Origin: Lama guanicoe
Lineage: Eukaryota
Length of the DNA stretch: 64,000 bases
NCBI GenBank assembly: GCA_013239625.1
Contig: MU055574.1
Coordinates: 26,197,373 to 26,261,372, forward strand
Reading direction: 5' to 3'
In this document: positions 49,808 through 62,468 of the stretch, in pieces
How the letters are laid out: each line of letters starts with the position of its first letter
Position numbering within the stretch: the stretch's first letter is position 1
Translations under genes and position numbers: made by a program
Notes under the pieces: model-generated
What the model saw: only the letters and a program-made list of their open reading frames with translations
Databases searched by the model: none
Told to the model about the DNA's origin: nothing

Positions 49808-52800
49808 CTAAAGACCAAGGGTCCACTTCCGGCACCTGAGTGCACTGGCGGGCTGTGTGTCACTGAGCGTGTTTGGGGTGAGGGGGGTGATTCCCTCAGG
49901 GCAGCCGCGAGGCTAGCGGCGTTGGCGTGTCCCCTCGGGGGTGGGAGCAGCGTGTCCAGGGTGGCTTCCTCCCTCTGCGTCCCCAGGACCTGAGTGCAGC
50001 TGGCTGTGTCTCGGGAGCGCGGGACAGTGCTCATGGCTACACGTCTCACTTCAACTTGTGGTTGGTTGAAATTCGATTTGATTCTTGATTGGAACTGGTT
50101 TGTGGACGTTGGATGAAATTCGTCTGGTTTGAATATTTATTTCGCTGATCACTCCCTCTCCGCAGTGTGGACGCATTTCCCTCATAGAGCAAATGTGCAC
50201 GGAACGAACAGTGACGTGCACTTGCAACAGCAGGGGTGGGGACAGACTCGGCACAGACAGGGTCCCTCACAACACTTGTACGCAGAGCTCTAGGCTCCGG
50301 GAAGACGCCGGGAATCAGACGGATGCGTCCTCGAGTCCATGTGACCGGACCGGGCAGTGTCCCCCGAGGGGCGGCGGTGGGAGGTGGCCTCGCCCAAGTC
50401 TCAGTGCCTCGGACAGGAGCGACTCCCTGGGGGCGAGTGAGGCGGCCGTCAGGGTGCTGTTGGGAGGGTGCCCACCTCCGAGGGTCGCTGTGTTTCCCTT
50501 GTTTACAAAGGACACGGCGGGGGCTTGGGGCCTGCCCTGGGGAGACTCGGGACGAGCCCAGTGAGAAACCCTGGTTGCTCAGTGGCCACGGCTCTGAAGT
50601 GGATGCTTTTGAGTCTTCGGGGGAGAAGTTTTCTAAGAAGATGGTAAAGAGGATGTTTTCCTTTGATGCCAAGTCTCAGCTTAAGTGACAGCTGACAAGT
50701 GCCTGACGTCACCAGGGGCGTGTGGCCCATCTGAGCAAGGCCTCCTGAGGGTCACCGGAGTTGGCCCTGGGACCTCTAATCGGACACTCCTCTCCTGCCT
50801 GTGACAGAGAAGGTGGGACTCCTCCGAGCTAGCGAGGGTTTCCCTGGAGAGCCTTGTCCTTCTAACAAGGACAAGGAGAGCCGGAGCGCTGCCTGTCTGT
50901 CCTTGCTTGGGGGGGGCGTCTGCCAGGAGGGGAGGTCGACCTCTTGCTCGTCCGTCCCTCCTAGATGCCTGGGGGGTGCCCACTTGTACACCCCGAGCGC
51001 TTCCACGGTGGGCAGGAAGGTGGTGGGAGACCCCCGTCCCCACTCTGCGGGCCCCTCTCGCGGCGGCCCTGGGCCGGGTGGTGGGTGGTGAGGGGTGGGG
51101 GCTGCAGGGATAAACCGAGCTGGACCAGACTGCTCAGTGCCTGGGATAAGGCTGCTTTCAGCACCTGAAGGGGCAGGGATGCAGAAGGGTCTGTTCAGGT
51201 GTTGTCCAGAGGCAGGTGTGCAAGGAGCAGCGAGGGAGACGTCCTGCTGGTCCAGCCGCACGGCTGCGCTTTCAGTCCACGAAGCCGGAAACGAAGACGT
51301 GAGCATCTGCCAGCAGGAGCTGCTCTGGGCGCTGGAGGCCGGGAGTGAAGAGCACAAAGCAGGTGGCGGCCCTCATGCCACGGCTACGCTCCCGGAGGAA
51401 GACGTGGAGTCACGTTGTGTGACCGGTGGTGAGTGACGGAGGACGAGGGAGACTGCAGGGACCAGGTGCAGAACGGAGGGCCTCTGGGTGACGCGGCCTG
51501 AGAGCAGAGGCCGGGAGGTGCAGAGTGGGCTCCAGCCAAGGGACCCGCGGGACACGGCCTGGAGGCAGGGATGTGCTCGGAGCATCAGGCCGGGACGTGC
51601 AGGGTGGGCTCGAGCCGAGGGACCCATGGGAGACGGCCCAGAGGCAGGGATGTGCTCAGAGCATCCGGTCAGGGAGGCTGGAATGGAGTCGGTGAGGGGG
51701 ACAAGGCTGTCGTGGGAACCTCTGGTTCTTTCTCTGAACCGGACGGGAGCCATGCAGACCGAAGGCGGAGGCGGGGATGTGGGCCCGAGGGCTCTGGGGA
51801 GGAGAAAGGGGCTTAGATCAGGCGTGCTGTGCTGTGGGGTGGTAGCTTGAGCGCAGAGCCTCAGGAGTGACGGGGGACCGCAGGGAGAGGGTGGGAGCAG
51901 CGGGAGGAAGCGAGGGAGGGGTGCGGTGGTTCTATGAGAGCAGATGTGTGTCCACCACACCTTGGGGAGGCAGGAGAGCCGTGGGCTGGAGGACACATTC
52001 TCTGCACAGAGACAGCAGCAAAGCTGTAGTCCTGGAGGAGGTGGCCCTGGCAGCACAGGAGAGAGGACGCCATACCGAGCTGGCCAGCGCCACGGCCGCT
52101 GGAGCCCACGGTCAGTCCCCGGGGTGAGGACGTGGCCGCGGAGAGCCGGGGCAGCGCCACTCTCCCGGCTGCTCCAGACGCTCTAGGGGCCCCTCCACTG
52201 ACCGACCGGCGTGGAGGGTGGGGACGGTCACGGTGCCAACCCCTCCCCAGGCCCGGCAGTTTGTATCCAGCAAATGTGCACAGCTTTTTATGTGTCAATC
52301 ATTCCCCAGGAAGTGCTATAAAAAAACAAAATAAAATGAAGATTTTTTTCATGGTTACGTGGCATATTGCATTCTCTCTTTTCCCCCAAAAGAGAACATT
52401 TTCCCAGATTGGATTTTACTTTTAAAATTGGGCTGTCCTGTTTGAAAAGTCAGGCCCACACATCAAAACAGGCCAAATGTGAAAGGTGTCCCTGAAGAGA
52501 TCCAAGAAGGTCCTCCTGTGGCTGCTTCCAGGGCTGACTCCTCCGAGAAGGTGTCAAATGAAGAGGTTCCCGAATCCCACCAAGTTTTCTGGTCACTGGC
52601 TTACGGGCAGCAGCAGGGGGCCGGGTGGACGGGGGGCGGCCAGACCAGCGGCGGCTTCGGGAGGACCGGACACTCCTCGGTCTTGTGCCTCGGGGTGAAT
52701 CCCCAAACTCCTCCGCCTTCCTGGGCGCCTGGCCTGAGAGGTCGGGCTCACACCTGTGGGCAGGATGCTGGGAGCTGACCCGCAGCGGGATGCGGGTGGG

Positions 52801-52874
52801 ACTCCTGCTCCCGAACGCCCTCAGTCAAGGTCGCATGGGGCCTGGGGCGGCTGCCGCAGGCACAGTACACTTTC

Positions 52875-53140
52875 CTTAAGGGGCGGTTTCACTGGGACGG
52901 AACTCACACACCGCAAAGTCCATCCATACAAAGTGTGTAGTCCAGTCATCGTGCTGTCATCGCCACGGTCAGGTTCTGGACATTTCTGTCACCCAGAAGA
53001 AAGGGGTGGCCCCTTGGCTGTCACCCTCCCTCCTTCCCCCAGTCTTGGGCAGCCACACATCTGCGTTGTGTGTGTGTGGACTTGCCCGTTCTGGGGGTTT
53101 CATGTGAATGGAATCCTGCGATACATGCTGCTCTGTGACT
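52875..53140 (-). mobile_element. L1M 3'-end fragment
   Basis: aactcacacaccgcaaagtccatcc...catttctgtcacccagaaga...tttcatgtgaatggaatc. Confidence 0.75.
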
Positions 53141-56100
53141 AATAACATGCTTCTGAGCTCTGGTGCCAGTGAAGATCAAATGAGCTCAAGTCTGCGTGCA
53201 GAAGGCCATGCTCTGTTATTAAACTTTCATCATTTTGCCTGGAGTTTTTCTTGTCCCAAATGGTGACTCTTTCTGGTGAATGTGTCCTCTGATCTGTCCG
53301 CATAACAACAATTAGTTAAGAATAAATCAACAACTGAAAGTCTATGGGAAATCGCTGCATGGACTGGTCGCTCAAACACGTTGTACATTTCCCTTCATTT
53401 TGATCAGTTCCAGGTAAAGAATCGGGGTAGAGGAACACGGCAGAACACGGTTCCAGCACCGGCGGTGCCTGTGGACACCTGGCCTGGCGTCTGAGCACAG
53501 ACCGGGTGCATCTCAGGAGCTGGTACCACTTCCGGGGACTTGAGGCCGCACAGGCAGGAGACCCCCGCCCCCCTCCCCGTGACCAGGCAGCTAAGCGGGC
53601 GTGTGAGCCGCTCTTGTCCGTTGCTTCCCTCTGCGTTGCCTGCGCTGTGTTGCTGTGGTCGTTTATTTGCCTTTTGTTGAAGCACAGTCCGTTACAACGT
53701 GCCGGTTTCTGGTGTCCAGCACCATGTCCCGGTCACGCGTGTACGTACAGAAACACCTTTTCATATTCTTCTTCGTTAAAGGTTGCCCCAGTCTCCTCTG
53801 GTTCCTGCTGGGCTGTGCTTCAGCGGGAAGAGGAAAGGCGCAGAACTAGGGGGCCTCGCAGGTAGAACTCAGGGCCCTCGGGGACTAACCGGCTGTGAAG
53901 TGGAGGGGAGATGAGTCTGGGCTACACTTCGGATGGAGACTTCGGGCAGGTGGGGACTTGTGTCTGTCCCCCGGGCAGAAACTAGAGAAGAGAATGGATT
54001 TTTTCGGGAGAAGTAAGTGAGGCAAAGAGATGCTAATCTCCAGTTTGGGTACCTGGTTTGACTGCTCTCGGAACCTGCAGGTAAATGTGCACAGGAGGCC
54101 AATGGGACATGGGTGTGGGGCTCAGGAGTGGGGCTGAACTGGAAACACTGCAGGTCTGCGAACAAACAGCCCCCTGCACCAGGCACTGCGCTGGGGATGC
54201 AGCTGAAGACTGGCGGGCGTGCTCCCCGTGTCACTGGGGGCAAGAACAAGGACAAGAGGGGTGACCACGGTGACACTGGGTTCACAGGGCACCTGCGATG
54301 GCTGTGGGCACCATCTCGTGGGACCTTCACCAGAGCCACCTGAGGTCACACCCCGTCAACAGATGAGAAAACAGACTTCTGCTTGGGCCACATGGCTCGT
54401 AAAGGGCAGAAAGGGGAGGAGGCCTTGGACGTCTGAGCCCGGACGCTGGCCCGAGCTGTGGTCAGCCCTGCCTCGTGCTGCAGGGGAGTCCAGGAGACGC
54501 AGGCAAACCTCCTGAACTTGCGGCAGCAGGACCCCGGGCGGAGCAGGGTCCGGGAAGGATGCTGAGAGGGGCCCTGTGGCCCACCCTCGGGACACAACCC
54601 CTCCGGGGCTCCCCTTCCTCTGGCGGCGGGGACTTTCCCACAGCATCCCTGGCGGACAGCCTGTGGCCCCCAGGAAGGGCTTGATCGACATCTGGGTTAT
54701 GACATTTGCTCCTGTCCTTGGTGTGGCCATGACCTTGGGGGTCGGCAGGGGAGAGTGAGCAGCAGTCAGTGGGAGGAATGATGACAGAGTCCCCAGGACA
54801 CCAGGTGAGACCGGGATCCTGACGAAACAGGGCAAAGTGGTCACAAAACACCAGCAAAGTGGTCCTGGCCACCACCATCCGACTGACTGTCTTGCGGTCA
54901 GGGATGGAGTCAGAGCGGGGAAAACGCCCTGGGCAGTCAGATGCCCCCTTAAACGTGGAGGGGTCTCCTTGCTGCCTCCGAGAGCAGGGACCCCCATGCC
55001 TTCACCCACCAGGGCCCTCCCTCGGCAGCCCCCTGCACCTGCCCGAGGGGCCCCACGTCTGCCCTCAATGCTGGCTTCTCAGACAGAGCGCCGGGGCCTT
55101 GCGGCCTCAGCTGGTTTAATTGTCCCTGGGCCTCCTCCATGAGCCGACAGCCGAATGTGGCAGACCCCACCTTGCTGAGCGTTTCGTCTTGGTGTATTCT
55201 TGTTGAATCATTCACAGCGCCCCAGGGTTTCCTCTCCTAATCCAGTCACCGCATCCTGTAATTGGATGAGTTCTCTGAGCACAGAGCAGTCTCTGTCTCA
55301 GACTTGCAGGTTCCGAGACTTGAGAGTGAGGCTGGGAAGGGCACGTGGACCTGGGACCTGACTGGCTGACACCAGGATCAGACAGTGACAAATGACATTC
55401 AGCATGAGTGAGTCCTTTCCGTCAAAGGACACCGGGAGGCCTTCGGAGCTGGTCTCAGTCCACGCCCTGGTCTGAGGCGGGAAGGCAGCACCCCTTACAG
55501 TGGAGGTGGATTTCCCTGAAAATAAACTTCAGGTTTTCCGTTTGTAATAGCATATCCACTTAATGACATTTCCCAGCAGAATTTTTTTCTTTTAAGATAT
55601 TTTATTATCAGCCCACATTTCGCAAAGACATGTTAAATGGGAGAGAAAACATACTTCCTGGACTGACATCTCTGGGCATTTAGACTCCGTCCATGCCCAG
55701 GGGTGTGGGGAGGGACCCGGCAGAGGTCCGAGCTGAGCGGGAAGGTCCATCGTGAACGCAGCTGGGCCGTCTCCTGGGAAAGGCAGCAAAGGGCTCATGT
55801 TCCTCGTTGTGGCTCCTTCCACGGCGCATTTTCTCCTTCTGAGAACCTTCGCCATCGCTGACAGTACCTTGGATCAGAGCCCGAAACATCCTGACAATGG
55901 GAATGCTGGTCCGTCCAGCGTCACATCTAATTTCCTGTCCCAAACACTGCTATGGTCACTCTTCCTGCTCCGAGACGCCCGTTACTCTCAGTGCCCGTGA
56001 CCCACGGGGATCATCCTAGTGCCGCAGAGACGGCCCTCTGGCTGGACCTGTTTCTATGGAGGATGGCCCTTCGGGACGGCCCATCACCTGGCTCCCACCG

Positions 56101-57788
56101 GAGACGTGTTCATGTGAAGCCATGTCCCAGAGTCTGCACTGGCCCGGCCGGCCGGGGCTGCTCTGAGGCCAGGCGCTTCCCAGGAGGAGTTCTCGTCTGA
56201 ATGAGGCAGGGGGCCAGGGGAGTGACCCTCAAAGGCCACCCACCCCTTGTGAGTCTGCAGGGAAGGACACCAGCACAGTTAGCGTGAGGGGACCGCACCC
56301 CAAAGGGGACGTCCTGTGAAGGTGCAACACCAGCCCTGCTTTCAGCGCCCCCCGGAGACGTGCCGTTGAGGACCTTCTCCCACTGGTGCTGCACATGCTG
56401 TGTGGCCCCAGCTCCGGTCGGTCTTCTCACCCCTTCAATCACCTTGCCCCCGCCTGGTGCCGTGGTCCGGGGGGTTGGGTGAGGCGTCTGTGAGCCGTGT
56501 GTGTGCGCGTGTCTGGGCAGGGGGCGGCCAGGGGCGGCTGGGGCCGTGCTCCTCGGGGAATTCTGCTCCTGCTCCCACGAGGTGACCTTCAGGATCGTCA
56601 AGGCCGGAGACAGGTTTAGGCTGCAGGAGCCTGTTCACACGGTGTCCAGCCGAAGTAGAGACATTCGGCGAGATGTCCTGGTGTTTTCTCTCTGCAGTGC
56701 CACGTCTGGCGTCAGGGCGACGTTCTCCATACGTATACTTGGCATCGCTTTGCAGAGGAGGAAAGTTAGGGTGAGCGGCGTGGAATAAAACAGAGTGCCT
56801 GAGAGGCCCCAGGAGAGGACCTCGAGCAGACGTGAAACAGAGACCGAAGTGCAGTGCTGTCCCGACCCGCTGACCGGCAGCCCCGCGGCCCCGCCGTGCA
56901 GGGGCTCGGGGCGCGGCAGCACGGAGTCCCCGCCCAGGTGCCTGAGCCTCGGCCTGAGCACCTCTCTGCCTGCGGCGGGCGGGCAGCCGCGCCGCAGGGC
57001 TGGCTTGTCTTTCGGGGGCAGCACTTCCCTCGTGACGTGACAACGAGTGTTTCCCAGCAGCTCCTGACGTCCCTGCAGGGTCCTGACCGTCCCAGCAGAT
57101 GAGAGAGGGGTGGGGACCGACGGTCTTTGGAGAGTTAGGCTCGAGGACCGGGCAGACAGGACCTGACGGGCGTCATCCTCTCAGCCACGGGAGGCAGGTG
57201 TGAGTCGCGCAGTCACCCGACCAGGCACGTTAGGGAAGAAGTTCCCCAGGGAGCACGGGAGGAGGGGCTCGGGGCGTGGCGGGCCCGCTGGCTCGCCGTG
57301 AGGCCGCTTCTCAGACGGATTAACTTCAAAAGGAGCCAATGTTTCATTTCACACTTGCTGAGAAAGAGGTTTTAAAAACAATTCATGAATTTTGGGGGGA
57401 AGAGAGTTTGTGACATGTGCATGGCTGGGTGACATTGTGAAATAACCATGAGAAAAGGATGTGAGGTCAGCGGTGACGAGGGGCGCTGGGGGCCACTGAG
57501 CATGGCCTGGGGGCCACTGTGCAGGGCCTCGGCCGTGGGAAACTTGCTGGGACTTTGGGTCCAGACCTACCCGCTTCCCAGTTCTCGCCTCACCCCTCCT
57601 GCTTAGGTCTGAGGGCACTTTTTGCTTATTCCTAAACACTGAAATCACACACCTTTTCACCCAGTCTGAGCAGTGTCCTGGCCTCACAGCCCCCCTTCCA
57701 GGCGGCCGGCTGTTGCATTTCTCACCAAGTGAGAGGACCACGTGGGGCTGGGGTTTCCTCTGGCTTCCAGCGCTAGGCTAACTCTCAC

Positions 57789-57983
57789 CTGCCTTTGGAG
57801 GAACCACCCCCACCACCAACTTACTGGCCAGGCTCCGGGGCCAGAGCAGGGGGCTGGCCCTGGGCAGGCCCCTGGGAGTTTCCTTCAAAACATCCCTGGA
57901 AAGTGTGATGGATTTTCTGGTTTCATGCATCTTAACTGGTGATCGGTGTTCACCAAGCAGTCTGTGCACAGACCATTGGACAA
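57789..57983 (-). pseudogene. Exon, 195 bp, phase 1->1, open: VQWSVHRLLGEHRSPVKMHETRKSITLSRDVLKETP...
   Basis: Acceptor attcacttag| and donor cag|gtgaga. Confidence 0.5.
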
Positions 57984-58314
57984 CTAAGTGAATCTTCAAA
58001 CAGTCTCCTTACGGAGCTGTTACCCACCTTGCCTCCAGCTGCTTCCACCCTCCCCACCCTCTCCCCCTCCTGCAAGTGAGAATTGGCTCCCTGGGGCAGC
58101 GTCTGTGTCTGATTTTAATATTAATGTGCAATTAAACAGAGCAGCTCCCCAGCTGGCCCCCCCCAGGCGCCTGGCTCCAGGCGGCTGGTTCCTGCAGATC
58201 CAGTCAGCAGACGACCCACCCTGGGCCCCCCCGCAGAGCCGCAGGACCCCCACCCGAGTGCGCACCCTCCACGCCCTGGGTCCTCCGTCTCCTGGTGGGG
58301 ACGCGGGCCGCCAC

Positions 58315-58621
58315 CTCGGGGTGAGTTCTCATTTCTACAAGCCAGCCGTGCGCTTCCCATTTGGGACCAGGTGGGACTTCGCACTGAGACAGAAGAAGGG
58401 ACATCTTTACGTCGTCCCCCAGACGAGCGACGAAGTGGCAGTGGAATATTTCGGGGAACAACACCTTTGTGCTGTTTTGCAAAGAAAGTGGCTGTTTTGC
58501 TTCCTGCAGGCTCCTTGCTAGCTCACGCCTTACTGTTTCTCTCCTTTGGATGAAACTCTTCGGAGGAATTCTCTTTTGCTTTTTGTCCAACTTCCTCTAA
58601 AGATCTTTGTCTCTAGCTTTT
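58315..58621 (-). pseudogene. Exon: ...RRELARSLQEAKQPLSLQNSTKVLFPEIFHCHFVARLGDDVKMSLLLSQCEVP...; a 65-bp exon at 58700-58764 precedes it
   Basis: Strong acceptor tatctttttgtacag|; overlaps ORF 58204..58590. Confidence 0.55.
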
Positions 58622-59189
58622 CTGTACAAAAAGATAATAACTATGTAAAAATGTATTTATATATTATATTTATTTATAAGAACTAAGCTCTAAAGTAACC
58701 TGCAAAACGATAAAAGCTATTGTTAAAGTGTCCGTTTTCAAGGTTCTCGGAGCGCTCCAGCAGACTGGCACATTTTAAAATGAGTTCACTCGACAACGCC
58801 TGTCCTGTGCCCTCCGCGTGCCGGGCGTGCTGCCTGGACTCCGGGCGGCAGACGGGTCTCGGAGGAGCGCCCTCCCCCGCCCACACCTGGGGGACAGCCG
58901 GGTGAGCACAGGGCGCAGTGCGGCTCTGAGGGTCCCAGCCGGGCCAGCGGGCCGGCGTGGTCTGAAGTGCACGTGGAGTTGGTGGGTTAGGTAGGGTTAG
59001 GTCAGGGTTCGGGGCAGGTGGGCTTGGTGATGGGAGGTGGGGCTGGGAGGGGGTGGCCGTCCCGGGAGGAGGGAAGAGTGACAATGTGCTAGAAAAAATG
59101 GGGAACGTTCTCAAGAGTCCGGCGTAGCTCAGGTGCGGCAGGGGCCCTCACTGCGTGCAGTCTGCAGACAGCCCCCTCTGTGACTTTGG

Positions 59190-59750
59190 CGACAGAATGT
59201 GCAGGGGAGCGAAAGTACTTTAGAAAGTGACAATGACAGGATCAGGTCAAGGAAAGGAGCACAGAACAGTCTCCCAAGGTCGCCTCGTCTCAGTCAAGGA
59301 CGTGATGGATCAGAGCCCAGGTGCTCAGGAGTCGTGTTGACCTCAGCAGGGACGTGTCAGAAGAGTTCCTTGGGGGGAGGGTGGCCCAACGACTTGATGG
59401 GGGGTAAGTGCTGGTGTGATTGGAGGAAAACTGAAAAGCTGTATTTACCCCGGGGCTGGAAAATCCTCCCGACCACAGAGACGTCTTTGGTTTCCACCCA
59501 GCAGCAGGGCCACATCGAGGACATGAAGCTGAGGACAGGAGTTTCGGGGACGGAGAACTTGTGTCAGGAGGTGGGGGCTTTGCTGTTGATCGGAGGGGTC
59601 CAGCCAGGTGCTGGGAGCACGGGGCAGAACCAGACCCTGGGCAGGTAAAGTTCTCTGGGTTACGGGCTCGGGAGGGAGTTGGGTCACCGCCATGACCCAG
59701 GCAGCACCCACGGACCTGCAGACGTGTGTAGGAACTTTGGGGGGGGTGCA
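59190..59750. mobile_element. Probable ERV LTR remnant
   Basis: LTR-like composition; family not recognised with certainty. Confidence 0.4.
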
Positions 59751-61430
59751 GCTCGGGGCTGGGGGCAGCTCCAAGGTTTGGGGAAGACTCTCTCCAGACC
59801 TTTGCCAGTGGTACCTGAGTCCAGGGGCACTGCCACCTGCCCACCCTGGTGGCCCTGCTCAGCCCCACCTCTCCTCCGTCCCACCTCGGGACTTTGCCCT
59901 CTGTGGGTGCCTCTGAAGTGTCCGCTCTTGTGCTTTTCCTGTGACTCTGCGCTGCCAGGAGTCCCCATATCCTGCTCCAGAGCTGGGACTGGGCTTCTCT
60001 CGTCTTGGGATATTCAGTGCCCAGCGTGGTGTGAGGCTTGGGGTGGGGTCAGCTCCGTAAACTGAGTGCAGCGGCACAGGAAGTGGGTGGAGCACAGACA
60101 CAGAGGGTCAAAGTCGGAGGCACCGCTGCAGGCTGCTGACCACGCTGGCGGTCAGAGGAGGCGCTGCGGGGTGGGGGTGGGGAGCCGGGCCAGGCTCCTG
60201 GCAGTCTGGGGGTCATATCATAAAAGGCTTCAGTGAGGAGGTGACATTTGAGCTGGGCCTCGAGTGTCTGGTACTTTCTCAGCAGTAGGTGCTCGGTGAC
60301 CACTAGGAAAGAAACTGCTAACGTGTGTTGAGTGCTTGGTATTTGCCCGGCGCGGTCTTAACCGTGCTCTCTCGCTGGCCCCGTGAGACAGTGCCATCAT
60401 TATCACGCCTTTGCTGGAGGAAGAGACGTAGCTTAGACGGGTGGGTGACGGCCCCAAGGCCCCAGCCTGCAGGTGGTGGGGCGGACCGGAGCCGCACCTG
60501 CCTGATTCCAGACCCCCGGAGGTTAGACCCCGCGCTGCCTGAGCGGAGCGGCAGGATGAGGGCAAACGCGGACGTGCTGGGGATGGTCTGTTTAAGGCGC
60601 TGGTTTAAACCCTGAAGTGAAGTCCTGCAGATGTTGTCCCGTGTAGACCTTTGTGTCTGAACCTGCCCCGTGGCCCTGAGGTGGACCCGCAGCCCAAGAA
60701 CAGGCGCCAGCCCTGGAGCTGATGGACCGAGACAAACCAGAGCCCTCAAAACACTTTGTAGCTTAAACTGTGGGGCCCGAGGCCCGAAAGTGAGTGGCAT
60801 GGTCCCCTCCCTCCCTGTTTGGAGATCCCGGGGTGTCCAGCCCCTGCCTTCCCTTCTCTGCAGAAGCCAAAGCTGGGGGAAGGGGGTTTCAGGGGATGTG
60901 AGGACACATGGAACTCGGGGTCTGTGTAAGGAATGTCTTTCTCCAGTCGGAGTGGTTCGTGCTCAGAGACGCCCTGGGAGAGGCTCTGAAGTACCAACCC
61001 CTGACACATCTGGAGAGGACGGGCGGGCAGGTGTGTCCCTGAGCTTGGGGCCCTGTGGGGTGTGTGCTCACGGTCCCAAAGCCGCTGTTGTGGTGGGAAT
61101 CTGCCCTTTGAAGTCTGCCGGGTGTGGCATGTCATTAAGTGTCGAGCAGGATGCCTCCCTGCTGCGTGGTCTTTCAGGAGAATCCAGACTTTTCCTTTCC
61201 CATTTGAACCACCTCCCCCTGCCCGGTCTACATTCAGATGTCGAGCAGGCCGGTCTCCAAGGCGGGGACGTGAGCAGTGGCGCTGGCTGAGCTGCCCCTG
61301 GCCCTCTGCCCCAGCCTCCGCGGGCGCTGACAGGTTGGGAAGCACAAGGCCCCGTCTGGCCGGGGAGCTGTGTCGTCTTGGGGGGCTCCTGGGCCCTGCA
61401 GCGAAGACTTCTTCCCTGATTCTCTCTTTG

Positions 61431-61566
61431 AAACAAGGGAACATGCAATAGCTTATGATGAAAAAGATCATGAAAAAGAATACACATGTATGTACAACTG
61501 AATCACTATGCTGCTCGCCAGAAACTAACCCAGCAGTGTAAACCAATTAGACTTCAGTCTGAAAAA
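61431..61566 (+). mobile_element. Lineage-specific L1 extreme 3' end, followed by an older L1M 3' end at about 61570-61860
   Basis: atgaaaaagaatacacatgtatgtacaactgaatcactatgctg...ccagaaactaac...gtaaaccaattagacttca. Confidence 0.8.
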
Positions 61567-61879
61567 CCCCAGACAGAGCACTGCTCAGCCGTGCAGAGGA
61601 GTGGACGTCTGACACAAGGTGGAGAGAAAGAACGCGTGCTTTACGGCTCTACTTTCACAAAATCCTGGAAAAGGCAAACTAACGTGCTTCTGCAGGTGAT
61701 GGGTGAGTCCGCTGTCATGACTGTGGCGGCTTCACAGACACACACACACACACATACATATATACACGCTTACCATTTCGTAACAGTCTATCAAGTTGCA
61801 CAGCTCAATTGCATGCCGTTTATTGTTATGCCAATTATTCATCAATAAAGCTGTTTTTAAAAGAGAAAAATGGAAACGT

Positions 61880-62468
61880 GCTTAGTTTCCCAGAGTTTCT
61901 CCACCTGCTTCACACCCAGCGCTGCTCTGGTTACTCTAACGGCGGGGCAGCCGCGAATGGCGGTTTCCTCGTCCCCACTGGATCCCGCTGAGGATGAGGC
62001 GCGCCCAGGCCCTGCAGGGGAAATTGGCTTCCAAGCCCTTGAGCCTGGAAAGGTCACTCGTCCCGGGACTGCAGCAGGCTCCAGGGCGTCTTCGATTGCA
62101 GGCGCGTGGAGAAACACAGCAGCCTGACACCAGCCTTTTCTCTTAACGAGACCAAACTTCATGTTTTCAAGCTGAGCCAGAAAAGCAGCTTAGTACTGAA
62201 AGGTGGGTGTGGACCCGAGCTGGGGCATCTGGTCCCCGGGCTGCCGTGACCGGGCTGCCGCCCGCCCCGTCCCAGGAGCCCGGACCTGGCGTCAGTGCCT
62301 CCTGGTCGTCCTTGTTTTTGGGAGAGGAGGCATGCCCGCTCAGCAAAGCAGCGCTTCGCCCGGACAGTTTCTGTAGGACCTGGGTGTTCATTCTACAAGT
62401 TAGATGCCCCCGCACTTTCCCCACTCAAAGCTCAAGTTAATGTCATGGGGGAAACGTTCAATAAAAAA
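61880..62468 (-). pseudogene. Two phase-0 exons: 62286-62468 (FFIERFPHDINLSFEWGKCGGI*...) and about 61880-62171 (LENMKFGLVKRKGWCQAAVFLHAPAIEDALEP...)
   Basis: Acceptors caacttccatag| and ttttctggctcag|; phases compatible. Confidence 0.5.

Noticed and set aside
58980-59015. Interstitial telomeric repeat (GGTTAG-like units)
   Set aside because: Only three or four imperfect units, which is too short to support.
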